Positions 19,795 to 30,200 of a DNA stretch of 64,000 nt are shown here, piece by piece (the stretch's first letter is position 1; every line of letters begins with the position of its first letter). The notes beneath the pieces are model-generated. The model saw only the letters and a program-made list of their open reading frames with translations. It was not told the origin of the DNA and searched no databases. The DNA is from a candidate division WOR-3 bacterium. GTDB taxonomy: Bacteria; SDB-A. The position numbers and the translations under genes are program-made. The stretch spans positions 9,626 through 73,625 of the forward strand of contig JAFGON010000021.1 in the NCBI GenBank assembly GCA_016926475.1, read 5' to 3'.

Positions 19795-21851
19795 ACCCCG
19801 CACTCTTCGCATCCGCCTGAATACTCAGAGTCCACGGTTTTGAGGCGGCAAACTTTGTCCCTCGGTTTGACGAGAACCTGGCTGTCTTTACTTCCGTCTC
19901 TGTATATTGTGATTCCTTTGCACCCGAAATCGTAAGCGTTGAGGTAAACCTCTTCTATTTGTTTCCGCGTGGCGTCGCTCGCGAAATTGACGGTCTTGCT
20001 CACCGCGTTGTCCGTGTACTTCTGGAAAGCAGCCTGTATTCTGACGTGCCAGACAGGATCTATATCGTGAGCTGTTACAAATAGATTTTTCAGCTTTTCT
20101 GGTACTGTATCTATATCTTTGAGTTTTTCACCTTCGCTAATTCGGGATATTATGTATTTTTCGTCCAACCCTTCGATTTTTAGCGCTCTGCTGAGCTGTT
20201 CGTTGACTTCCAAAAATTGAGTTCCGTCCAAAACATTTCTGATAAATACCAGATCAAAAAAAGGCTCTATACCGCTAGAAGTTCCGGCTATTATGCTTAT
20301 CGAACCAGTTGGTGCGATAGTAGTCAGAGTGGCGTTTCTTCTCGGTTTTTCACCTCTTTTCGCCATCTCGCTTAATGCAAAACTAGGAAAAGCGCCTTTT
20401 TCCAAAGCGATTTCTTTTGAGGTCATGTCGGCTTCGGCGGTGATGAATTTCATCACTTCTTCGGCGGTGTTTTCTGCCTCTTTGGAGTCATACCTGATTC
20501 CTAGAGACACAAGAAAATCGGCGAAACCCATAAGTCCCAATCCGATTTTTCTGTTCATCTTTACGGTCTTTTCAATAATCGGAAGGGGGTATTTGGATAC
20601 TTCTATGACGTCATCGAGAAACCGAACGCATAATGACACGACTTGACCCAAAGAATCCCAGTCCACGCTTTTGTTTTTTACGAATTTCGAAAGGTTTATC
20701 GAACCGAGATTGCATGCCTCATTCGGAAGCAGGGGCTGTTCGCCGCAGGGGTTCGTGGATTCAATCAACCCCAAATCCTTCAAACTGTGCAGTCGGTTTA
20801 TCCTGTCTATAAAAAGAATTCCCGGATCGCCTCTTTCCCATGCTTTTGAAACTATCAGCTGAAAAATTTCATGGGCGTCAGCTTTCGCCGTCTCCCTTCC
20901 GTTTCTGGGGTTGACCAGTGAATACTTTCTGCTTTTTTTTACCGCCTCCAGAAAAGAATCTGTCAGAGCAACGGAGATATTGAAATTCGAGAATTGTCCG
21001 TCGATGGATTTCGAAGTTATAAAAGATACTATGTCAGGATGGTCAACCCTCAGAACCCCCATGTTCGCGCCTCTTCTTTTACCCCCTTGTTTGATAACTT
21101 CGGTCGCGACATCGAAAACTCTCATGAAGGAAACGGGTCCGGAAGCGATTCCTCCCGTAGACCTGACTTCGTCGTTTGCAGGCCTGAGTCTGGAAAACGA
21201 GAACCCTGTGCCTCCACCAGTCTTGTGAATCAAAGCCGCGTATTTAACCGCGTCGAAAATATCTTCTATCGAATCCTCCACGGGTATGACAAAACAAGCT
21301 GAAAGTTGAGGGAAATCAGTACCCGCGTTCATCAGCGTCGGTGAATTCGGCAGAAATATTTTTTCTTTCATAATCTCGTAAAACTTTTCTCTCCATTGTC
21401 CCGGTTTATCCTCCGCTGAAGATACATATTTCGCAACTCTTTCGAACATTTCGCAGGGAGATTCTTTTATGTTTCCAACAGCGTCTTTGAGAAGGTACCT
21501 TGATTTTAAAACTTCGAGAGCGTTTATCGGAAGTTTTGTCTCATCTCCTTCAATGCCCAAAATAACTTTTTTCGCGGTTCTTAATGAAGCCCTCTCCTGC
21601 CTGTATATGATGTATGCTTTAGCCACATCGAAATAACCAGCTTTCATCAGCTCATTTTCTACCAAGTCCTGTATTTTCTCGATGTCCACGATTTCATCGA
21701 AGGTTTTATCGATTTCTTCAACGACGCTTTTTGTTATCAGTGCAGCCGGACCTGGATCCAAGCCTTTTGCTTTAAAGGCTTTTGATACAGCTCTGTCAAT
21801 TTTTTCCGGGTCGAATTGAACGATTGTGCCGGATCTTTTTTTTACTTTCAT
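19791..21851 (-). CDS. nrdJ: Class II (adenosylcobalamin-dependent) ribonucleotide reductase with ATP cone
   Basis: ATP cone; FLPNSPTLMNAG, LSACFV, GGKRRGANM, TNPCGEQPL, ACNLGSINL, TIAPTGS; C-terminal CEEC; no nrdB in the window. Confidence 0.88.
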   Translation of the reverse strand: MKVKKRSGTIVQFDPEKIDRAVSKAFKAKGLDPGPAALITKSVVEEIDKTFDEIVDIEKIQDLVENELMKAGYFDVAKAYIIYRQERASLRTAKKVILGIEGDETKLPINALEVLKSRYLLKDAVGNIKESPCEMFERVAKYVSSAEDKPGQWREKFYEIMKEKIFLPNSPTLMNAGTDFPQLSACFVIPVEDSIEDIFDAVKYAALIHKTGGGTGFSFSRLRPANDEVRSTGGIASGPVSFMRVFDVATEVIKQGGKRRGANMGVLRVDHPDIVSFITSKSIDGQFSNFNISVALTDSFLEAVKKSRKYSLVNPRNGRETAKADAHEIFQLIVSKAWERGDPGILFIDRINRLHSLKDLGLIESTNPCGEQPLLPNEACNLGSINLSKFVKNKSVDWDSLGQVVSLCVRFLDDVIEVSKYPLPIIEKTVKMNRKIGLGLMGFADFLVSLGIRYDSKEAENTAEEVMKFITAEADMTSKEIALEKGAFPSFALSEMAKRGEKPRRNATLTTIAPTGSISIIAGTSSGIEPFFDLVFIRNVLDGTQFLEVNEQLSRALKIEGLDEKYIISRISEGEKLKDIDTVPEKLKNLFVTAHDIDPVWHVRIQAAFQKYTDNAVSKTVNFASDATRKQIEEVYLNAYDFGCKGITIYRDGSKDSQVLVKPRDKVCRLKTVDSEYSGGCEECGV

Positions 21852-22552
21852 ATAAAACCTCTTGCGCTGACTTTTGAAAAATATTTCTTTGCGGTTTGAA
21901 CCATTTCTTCAATGACTTCCCTTTTGTGTGGCTTGATTTTTTTGTAATCTTCTGAAAAGGTCTTATCAGGGATAAAATTTTGAATCACGTATCTTCTGTC
22001 TCCCCCGAGAACAGAGCCAATCCAGGTGATGTCCCCTATTTCGACAAGTCCGGGGACGGCCGTAGTCCTCAATTCATAGGCTATATGTTCAGAATCTAAA
22101 ATTTTCACAATTTCAGCAATACCTTCAAAATTGAATTTTACTCCGGTTGCAGCGTCATATTTTTCAGGTGAACTTTTGACGTCCATGGAAACATAGTCCA
22201 CAATTCTTTTTCTTGCAATCTCTTCTATCTTTACGGGGTTCGTGCCGTTTGTGTCAAGTTTTACCTGAAACCCTTTTTGTTTGAGATCAGACATGAAATC
22301 AGCCAAATCATTTTGTAGAGTCGGTTCACCTCCGGTAATCGCGACCGAATCTATAAGCTTCTTTCTGGCTTCAAGAATTTTGAACGCCTCATCTAAACTC
22401 ATGAAATTTTCATTTTTGAAAGGTATGAGTTCCGGGTTATGGCAGTAAGGGCATCTGCAATTGCAGCCCTGAGTAAAAAACACCGAGCTCAGATGTTCTG
22501 GATAATCAATCGCTGAAAACGGGAGAAATCCTCCAAAGACCATTTCTGACAA
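21848..22552 (-). CDS. nrdG: Anaerobic ribonucleoside-triphosphate reductase activating protein (radical SAM)
   Basis: GCNCRCPYCHNPEL CxxxCxxC; ITGGEPT; KLDTNG; adjacent to nrdD. Confidence 0.93.
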   Translation of the reverse strand: MSEMVFGGFLPFSAIDYPEHLSSVFFTQGCNCRCPYCHNPELIPFKNENFMSLDEAFKILEARKKLIDSVAITGGEPTLQNDLADFMSDLKQKGFQVKLDTNGTNPVKIEEIARKRIVDYVSMDVKSSPEKYDAATGVKFNFEGIAEIVKILDSEHIAYELRTTAVPGLVEIGDITWIGSVLGGDRRYVIQNFIPDKTFSEDYKKIKPHKREVIEEMVQTAKKYFSKVSARGFI

Positions 22553-22564
22553 CCGTTCTTTCTA

Positions 22565-24700
22565 TCACGCAGGGACAGCAGCCATTTTTGTGTTATCTCT
22601 CCGCTTGGATTCGTCGGTATTTTGCCGCGAATCTTTTTCGACCTTGTATGTGATCCTCTCCGAAAATTCTTCCTTTTTGCCCTTGTTCCAATTCTTCACC
22701 GGTCTGTAGTACCCAACGACTCTGCTGTAAATCTCTGTCTCTCTGCCGCACTTAGGGCAGGTTTCGACTTTCCCTTTTATGTAACCGTCTACAGGGCACA
22801 CAGAAAAGGTCGGTGATATGGTGAAGTAAGGTAAAGTGTATCCGTAGGCGACCTTTCTTACAAGGTTTTTAATGCTGGATGAATCGCCACTCTCTCCAAG
22901 AAATATATGCAGGACGGTTCCACCGGTGTATTTTGTCTGCAGTTCTTCCTGATGCTCTAAAACTTCAAATACGTCCTGAGAAAAATCGACCGGAAGAAGG
23001 CTTGAGTTAGTATAGTATGGGTTTTCGCTTCCGCTGGTTATTATATTTCTGAACATTTTCTTGTCTATTTTCGGCAGTCTGTAAGATGCTCCTTCGGCAG
23101 GAGTGGCTTCTAAATTGTACATACTACCAGTCTGCTGCTGGAACGACATCAGTTTTTCGCGCATAAAATCCAGAACTCTTGCCGCAAAAGCTTTGCCTTT
23201 GGGCGTCGAAATATCGTTTTCAGGACCCATGAAATTCAACACGGCTTCATTCATGCCTACCAGCCCTATGGTAGAGAAATGATTTTCGAGCGTACCCAGA
23301 TAAACCTTAGTATAGGGAAAAAGCCCTTTCTCCATGTTTTTTTCCACGATTTTCCTCTTTATTTCAAGGCTGTCCCTGGCAATATTCATGACAGACGACA
23401 GTCTTTTAAAAAATTCATCTTCATTCGACGAAAGGTATCCAATTCTCGGCATATTGATAGTCACTACGCCTATGGATCCGGTTTGCTCTCCGCTTCCGAA
23501 AAGTCCTCCTGTTTTGTTTTTGAGCTCTCTTATATCGAGCTGCAGCCTGCAACACATGGATCTTACATCGGAGGGTTTAAGAGAACTGTTTACGAAATTC
23601 TGGAAATAGGGAATTCCGTATTTTGCAGTCAATTCAAATAGCAAATCGACATTTTCATCTTCCCAGTCGAAATCCCTTGTTATGTTGTATGTGGGGATGG
23701 GAAAAGTGAATATTCTGCCTGTCGAGTCGCCTTCCATCATCACTTCTATAAAGGCTTTGTTGATGATATTCATCTCTTTTTGAAAATCTCCGTATACGAA
23801 ATCCGTGAATTCGGTGCCTATCTGAACGGACTGGTCTTTCAAGTCTTCGGGGACAACCCAGTCAAAAGTCAGGTTAGTGAAAGGGGTCTGCCCTCCCCAC
23901 CTTGAAGCCACGTTGAGGTTGAATACAAACGCCTGTATAGCCTGTTTAACTTGCTGGTAATTGAGGTTGTCAAACCTGACATAAGGAGCAAGATACGTGT
24001 CAAAAGAGCTGAAAGCCTGCGCTCCGGCCCACTCGTTTTGAGCTGTGCCCAAAAAGTTAACTATCTGACCGAGAGCGGAGAGTAAATGCCTGGGAGGTTG
24101 GGCGGAAACTTTGGCTTCTACCCCGCCAAAACCTTGGGTCAAGAGGTTTCTTATCGACCAACCCGCGCAGTACCCAGCAATCCCCATCGAAAGATCGTGG
24201 ATGTGTATGTCCCCATGCCTGTGAGCATAGGACACTTCCGGCGGGTATATTTTGTTTAGAGTGTAATTTGCGACCACGCTTCCAGCGGCGTGAAGAAGAA
24301 GCCCGGAAAAGGAGTAATCCGAGTTGGAATTTTCGTTGACACGCCAATCGCTCTGCTGGACGTAACTGTCGAGTGTGTCTACGACGTCGAGCAGAGATTT
24401 TCTGACGTCTCTTAAGCTTTTATGCTGTTCTCTGTAGAGTATGTATGCTTTCGCGGCGTCGTATTCGTTGTTTTCAAAAAGTTTTTTCTCGACTATATCC
24501 TGTGTTTCTTCGACTTCAGGATAATATCCTCTCTGAGATGATTTCAAAATACTATAGGTCTCTTCGGAAATTTTCTTTACCTTTTCCTGGTCAGACACTC
24601 CGACGGCTGCAAGAGCTTTGCTTATAGCATTTTCTATTCTCGAAATCTCAAACGGCATAATCCTGCCGTCTCTTTTTTTCATGTAATTCATGTCTCTCAT
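22565..24700 (-). CDS. nrdD: Class III anaerobic ribonucleoside-triphosphate reductase
   Basis: ATP cone; HIHDL, SMCCRL, YTGGTV, Zn CPxD/CPKC, glycyl radical YSRVVGYYRPV. Confidence 0.96.
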   Translation of the reverse strand: MRDMNYMKKRDGRIMPFEISRIENAISKALAAVGVSDQEKVKKISEETYSILKSSQRGYYPEVEETQDIVEKKLFENNEYDAAKAYILYREQHKSLRDVRKSLLDVVDTLDSYVQQSDWRVNENSNSDYSFSGLLLHAAGSVVANYTLNKIYPPEVSYAHRHGDIHIHDLSMGIAGYCAGWSIRNLLTQGFGGVEAKVSAQPPRHLLSALGQIVNFLGTAQNEWAGAQAFSSFDTYLAPYVRFDNLNYQQVKQAIQAFVFNLNVASRWGGQTPFTNLTFDWVVPEDLKDQSVQIGTEFTDFVYGDFQKEMNIINKAFIEVMMEGDSTGRIFTFPIPTYNITRDFDWEDENVDLLFELTAKYGIPYFQNFVNSSLKPSDVRSMCCRLQLDIRELKNKTGGLFGSGEQTGSIGVVTINMPRIGYLSSNEDEFFKRLSSVMNIARDSLEIKRKIVEKNMEKGLFPYTKVYLGTLENHFSTIGLVGMNEAVLNFMGPENDISTPKGKAFAARVLDFMREKLMSFQQQTGSMYNLEATPAEGASYRLPKIDKKMFRNIITSGSENPYYTNSSLLPVDFSQDVFEVLEHQEELQTKYTGGTVLHIFLGESGDSSSIKNLVRKVAYGYTLPYFTISPTFSVCPVDGYIKGKVETCPKCGRETEIYSRVVGYYRPVKNWNKGKKEEFSERITYKVEKDSRQNTDESKRRDNTKMAAVPA

Positions 24701-25162
24701 CTACTTCTTACCTCCGTCTGACATTTTCTCGAGTTCTTTCAAGAACTCTTCTTTATCTTTAAACTGTCTGTAAACAGATGCGAATCTGACGTAAGAGACT
24801 TCGTCGATGTCTTTCAGCGCTTTCATAACCTTCTCTCCAATTTCTTCAGAGGGGACTTCGACCTTCGACAGCGTGTAGACATCAGCTTCTATGTCGTCCA
24901 CAATTTTTTCAATTTGATCCCTCGAAATCGGCCTTTTCTTGCAAGCCAATTCTATGCCTTCTAAAAGTTTTTCCCGGCTGAAAGGTTCTCGTCTGTCATC
25001 TTTTTTTACCACCATCAAAGGGACTTTCTCGACGTATTCATAAGTTGTGAACCTTTTTGAACAGTTGAGACATTCCCTTCTTCTCCTGACAGAATGTCCC
25101 TCTTTGCTCGGTCTAGAATCGACAACTTTATTGTCTTCACTTCCACAAAATGGACACCTCAT
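24701..25162 (-). CDS. nrdR: Transcriptional repressor NrdR
   Basis: MRCPFC...VVDSR...RRRRECLNCSKRFTTYE; YVRFASVYRQF. Confidence 0.97.
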   Translation of the reverse strand: MRCPFCGSEDNKVVDSRPSKEGHSVRRRRECLNCSKRFTTYEYVEKVPLMVVKKDDRREPFSREKLLEGIELACKKRPISRDQIEKIVDDIEADVYTLSKVEVPSEEIGEKVMKALKDIDEVSYVRFASVYRQFKDKEEFLKELEKMSDGGKK

Positions 25163-25184
25163 ATTGCCTCCTATGAATTAGTCG

Positions 25185-25200
25185 AGACTATATTTTGTGG
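25185..25200 (-). promoter_or_regulatory. NrdR box
   Basis: CCACAAAATATAGTCT matches the acaCwAtATaTwGtgt consensus at all core positions and overlaps the -10 element. Confidence 0.8.
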
Positions 25201-25220
25201 TATCTGTACTCATTTGTCAA
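25192..25220 (-). promoter_or_regulatory. Sigma70 promoter of the nrdR-nrdDG-nrdJ operon
   Basis: TTGACA-17 nt-CAAAAT; AGGAGG SD before nrdR. Confidence 0.65.
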
Positions 25221-25312
25221 GGGATAGTATAAAAATATTTTTCACTAAAAAATAAAGTTATAAGATTCGATAAATCGCAGTATACAATAAATAATTAAAG
25301 TTATGGTTTAAA

Positions 25313-26446
25313 TTAATAGGTCTGAGGCGGAACAGAGCCTTTCTGCGCCAAAAATGCCGCGTCTTTCAAGGCTTTCATCTCGTCTCCTCCAGGCAGGCAA
25401 AAGAAACTGCCCATCCATTGGACTCTATTTTTTATGAATTCGACTATGAAATCGCAATAAGCGATTCCCCCTGTGAGCACAATAGCGTCAGGTCTTTCGC
25501 CAAGAGCGCCACAGAGAGAACCCGTCTCTTTGCATATCTGATAAGCCATTGCCTCAATTACATCTTTAGCATATTCAACAGTCACGGAAGGCAATATTTG
25601 AGATTTCTCTTTATCCGTCAAATCCCTGTTTTCTATGAACTTCTCAAGAATTATCAGGTCTGAAGTTCCCAGGTAAGCAACGAGGCCGCCTCTGCCTTTG
25701 ATTTTAAGCTTAATCTCTTGATGGGTGAAATTACCCGAAAAGCACATTTTTGCCAATCCTCCCGAAGGAACGCCTCCGCTTCTTTGAGGTGTAAAAGGTC
25801 CATCCCCGTCGAGTGCGTTGTTGACATCGACGACTCTTCCCTTTCTGTGAAGCCCAACTGAAATCCCTCCTCCACCGTGTATTATTATCATGTTCAATTC
25901 TTCGTATTTTTTACCCATATTTTCAGCGACGTTTCTCCCCACCCTCCTCTGGTTGAGAGCGTGAAAAATTGAAATTCTCGGGTTTTCCGGCATGCCTGAA
26001 TACCTCGACCATTTCCACATTTCATCGACTACGACAGGATCGGATATGTAAGCATCGATTTCTTTTCCGGAAAATTCCTTTACCCTGTCAGCCAACGCTT
26101 TGGCTAGTATTCCTCCAAGATTCGAAGGGTGATCACCGTTCAGCCCATTTTTTAGGTCTTCGAGCATATCATCGGTGACGAGATAAGTTCCTCCGGGAAT
26201 CGGCTTGAGCAAACCTCCCCTTCCTATAACAGCGTCTATTTGTCCAATGTCCACGTTCTTTTCTTCGAGTGTTTTCATTATGAGGGCAAACCTTAACTCG
26301 TACTGAGAAATTACAGACTTTGATTCGTAAGGTTTCATTTCTTCTGCGGAATACCTGGTCACCGCGTGAAATATCTCTTCATCTCCGTCAAAAAAACTCA
26401 ATTCGTCGCTTGTAGATCCAGGGTTTATGACAAAAATTTTCAACAT
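25313..26446 (-). CDS. buk: Butyrate kinase
   Basis: INPGSTS, GRGGLLKPIPGGTY, HPSNLGG, DPVVVDE, FHALNQ, GGGISVG, DVNNAL; start placed at the ATG after a GGGGAG SD. Confidence 0.92.
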   Translation of the reverse strand: MLKIFVINPGSTSDELSFFDGDEEIFHAVTRYSAEEMKPYESKSVISQYELRFALIMKTLEEKNVDIGQIDAVIGRGGLLKPIPGGTYLVTDDMLEDLKNGLNGDHPSNLGGILAKALADRVKEFSGKEIDAYISDPVVVDEMWKWSRYSGMPENPRISIFHALNQRRVGRNVAENMGKKYEELNMIIIHGGGGISVGLHRKGRVVDVNNALDGDGPFTPQRSGGVPSGGLAKMCFSGNFTHQEIKLKIKGRGGLVAYLGTSDLIILEKFIENRDLTDKEKSQILPSVTVEYAKDVIEAMAYQICKETGSLCGALGERPDAIVLTGGIAYCDFIVEFIKNRVQWMGSFFCLPGGDEMKALKDAAFLAQKGSVPPQTY

Positions 26447-26482
26447 ACATTCACTCCCCATTCAATGGCTAAAACGCCCCCT

Positions 26483-27238
26483 TTAAAACAAGCCTTCGTA
26501 AGTGATCTCCATACACCTCGCTATTTTCGACCACCTGGTGCCGCTTTGCCCATTTTCGGTGACGTTGATAAAATAAAAGGCGACGCTCAAATCGTTTGAA
26601 GGCCAAACCTTCAGTCCTGCGTTCAAGTATCCTCTGCCCTCCCCGAAAATGCCGTCATTCTCCATATCGTTGAGAGCGAATCTGTAATCAGCCAACAATT
26701 CAACTATTCTCTCGAAGCAAACCTGGCCACCCGCAAAAATGTCGACGGCGTTTTCCGTGCTGTCTGCGTCCGGTTCAAAAGAAAGTCCTCCGTGAAGCCC
26801 TAAATAATCGAACACTGCGAAGGCCTTGCTGCCTACGAGATAAAACTCCGATGGTTTTCTGTCAAACCTGCTGTATCCCCTTTCGTAAGAACCGTAGCCA
26901 AAAGAGCTGTAACCTACGGCGACAGCCGGAAAATAGATGTTTTCTTCAAAAATCCTGAAACGAGCTTCTATGAAAGGATAAGGGTTCCAGTCCGGATCCC
27001 CTTCTCCGATGATGTTCCCTCCCCCGTAACCCAAAATTACGTAAAACCTGTTGATAAAAGCCACTCCGGTATACCCCGTGAGTCTTCCGCCGGGATCTTG
27101 TCGAAGGTCGAATACATAACCACCGTGTGGAGGGACCCCTGCTGTGGGCACTTCTATGACTTTAAGAGGTTGAAAATCCGCGTAAGAACAACTAAAAGCT
27201 GCAGTTAAAATCAAAAAAGCAGATATAAAATATCTCAT
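26483..27238 (-). CDS. Exported / outer-membrane beta-barrel-like hypothetical protein (YjbH-like)
   Basis: Signal peptide, PTAG motif, amphipathic beta strands, C-terminal Phe. Confidence 0.55.
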   Translation of the reverse strand: MRYFISAFLILTAAFSCSYADFQPLKVIEVPTAGVPPHGGYVFDLRQDPGGRLTGYTGVAFINRFYVILGYGGGNIIGEGDPDWNPYPFIEARFRIFEENIYFPAVAVGYSSFGYGSYERGYSRFDRKPSEFYLVGSKAFAVFDYLGLHGGLSFEPDADSTENAVDIFAGGQVCFERIVELLADYRFALNDMENDGIFGEGRGYLNAGLKVWPSNDLSVAFYFINVTENGQSGTRWSKIARCMEITYEGLF

Positions 27239-27247
27239 GAACCCTCC

Positions 27248-30200
27248 CTAGCAGCTGATTTCAGCCACGTATTTTACTTTACCCCTGTAATCAACAATAT
27301 TCTCCAATTCATTCACCAGAGATCTGTCGAAACACACGCTTAGACCGCTCTTTATTTTTATCTTCCTGTTTCTCTCTCTCAGCAAAAAAAACACTTCACA
27401 TTCTCCATTGTGCAAATCAATTGCTTCTTTGATGTTATTCAAAACAGAGTCTTTCATGTCTTCTTCTTTGATTTCAATTTGCAGAAATTTTTTGCTCTGT
27501 GAAATAGCGTCATCAATTGGTTTCGCTTCATCGGCGTAGAGAATTTTTTTTCCGTCGACTTTTTTTGTCACACCCCTTACGGCGATTATCTTCCCTATAT
27601 ATTTTCTCGACAAAAAACCAGAATGAATCTTGCTGTCGGGATTGACTAAAACGACTTCCATAACAGTATTCTTGTCCTCAAGGGTCAAATTGAGGCTTTC
27701 TTTTCCATTCTCGACTTTTATTAGCATTCCGGCGGCATAGCAATTTTCATCCTTGACGTTGGGCAGTTCACATATTTCGCAGAGTCCTTTGAAATTTATG
27801 AATTTTTTGTATTCTTCGAGTGGGTAGGCGTCAATTTTAAACCCGAAAGCCTCCTGCTCCGCATCCACCTTTTCCCTGTAAGACCATGGGTCCACAGAGA
27901 TACTGTCAATTTCATGCCGGTCGAGTTCTCCGTTGCCGAAGAGTTCTATCTGCCCCATAAGCTTGTGTTTTTTCTTAGAAGCCGCTTTTTCAATTCCTTT
28001 GTCGAAGTAGTCGAGAAGCTTTTTTCTGTCCGGATCTAAATCGTCAAAAGCCCCTGCTTTTACTAGATACTCCACAGTTCTTTTGGTTGCGGAATCGAAA
28101 TTTATCCTGTTTAAAAAATCGTCAAAATCTTTGAACAGCCCTCTCTCCTCCCTCTCATGGACTATCTCGTTCGCAGCCTTTTCACCTACATTTTTTATCG
28201 CTCCGAGGGCGTACCTGATGTACTTGTTTTCAACGGAGAAGGCGACCTCGGAATAATTAACCTGAGGCGGGAGTATATTTATCTTCAAACGCCTCGCTTC
28301 TTCGACGAATTCGGCAATTTTGTCGGTGTTTGAAATCTCCGTTGTCAAGGTCGCTGTAATGAATTCGACAGGATAGTGCGTTTTGAGATATGCAGTGTAA
28401 TAGGCTAAAAAAGCGTATCCTGCTCCATGGGATTTATTGAAGCCGTACCCGGCGAAAGGTTCTATCATTTCCCAAATTTTCTGCGCTGTTTTTTTGTCTA
28501 TTCCCCTTTCACGGGCTCCATTAAAAAAATTTTCCTTTTCGCTTTCCATCACTTCCTTTTTTTTCTTTCCCATAGCTCTTCTTAGAATGTCGGCTTTTCC
28601 GAGGTTGTAACCCGCGACCGCGCTTGTAATCTGCATCACCTGTTCCTGATATATCGGTATCCCGTATGTCTCTTCGAGAATAGGTTTAAGGCATTCGTGC
28701 AAAAAATCGGTTTTCTCTTTTCTGTTTTTTCTCGCAATGAATTTGTCTATGTGATCCATCGGACCCGGTCTGTAGAGAGATATTATAGCAATTACTTCCT
28801 GTATGGATTCCGGCTTGAGTTGAACGCAGAGATTTTTCATACCTTTCGATTCAAGTTGAAAAATGCCCTTCGTCTGACCGGAAGAAAGCAGTTTAAAAGT
28901 CTTTTTGTCTTCTAGAGAAATCTTTTCCATATCGACAGGGTTGTTTCTCGACTTTTCGATGAGATCAACCGTCTTGTCTATTGTCGTCAGAGCTGTGAGG
29001 CCGAGAATATCTACTTTTATGAGTCCAACATCGGTAATTGAATCCATGTCATACTGGCATACTATTTGACCGAATTTGTCTTTTCTTAGAGGGACAAAAT
29101 CGGTGAGGTTTCCTGGCGCTATGATGAATCCGGCGGCGTGAATCCCGGGTTGTCTTTTCAGACCTTCGAGCTTAGAAGCAATTTGGACGAGTTTTACAAG
29201 TCTTGCGTCAGAATCGACTTTTTCTCTGAATCCGTTTAAATTGTTTTCATAAACCCATTCGACATCAGATCTTGAATCTTCCGAAGGTTTGTCGATGAAG
29301 TAAGTTTCAGGCATATTCGAGGACAATTCATCTATTTCTTTTGGGGTGAGACCGAGAACTTTGGCGACGTCTCTGACAACTTGTCTTGCTCCAAGACTCG
29401 CGGCGGTACCTATGTAGCAAACAGCGTCTCTTCCGAATCTTCTCACCATGTATTCTATTACTTCGTTTCTCCTGTCGTCGGCAAAGTCGAGGTCGATATC
29501 TGGAGCCGTCACCCTTTCGGGGTTCAAAAACCGTTCGAAAAGAAGAGAATATTCCATCGGATTTATCGTCACTATGTCGAGACAGTAAAGGACCATGCTG
29601 CCGACAGCCGATCCTCTTCCCGGTCCGACTCGGATCTTGTTTTTTTTCGCTTCTCTGACTATATCCGCAATTATTAGAAAATAACCAGCGTATCCAGTCT
29701 GTTCAATTACACTCAATTCTTCTTCTATTCTCGAAACAATTTTCTCTGTCATACCCCCTTTAAATTTTTGCTTCGCCCCTTCCCATGTCAGATGTTTCAA
29801 GTATTCCTCCGGTCTTTTAAACCCCGGGGGTATGTCAAAATCAGGCAGTCTCGGAGAATTTGGGTCAAGCGTCATCTCAAAAACGCATTTTTCGGCAATT
29901 TTAACGGTGTTTTCCAACGCCTCCGGCACTTCACGAAAACTTTCGTACATTTCTGCTTGTGATTTGAAATATATCCCTTTCGGGCTCGTCATTCTGTCTT
30001 CATCAGTGAATGTCTTCTTCGTGTTTATGCACAAAAGAGCTTCATGAGCCAAATGATCCTGTTTATCAATAAAATGGACATCATTTGTGGCGACAACTCC
30101 TATTCCGGCTTTCTTGGCAAGTTCAATTTGAGCTCTGTTGAGCGAATCGTTTTGAGGAAGGCCTATATCCATGAGTTCGAGATAGAAATCGCCATGAAAA

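Noticed and set aside
25226..25246. AAAAATATTTTT palindrome as a second NrdR box
   Set aside because: Lacks the conserved C and G positions; an AT-rich palindrome is expected by chance.
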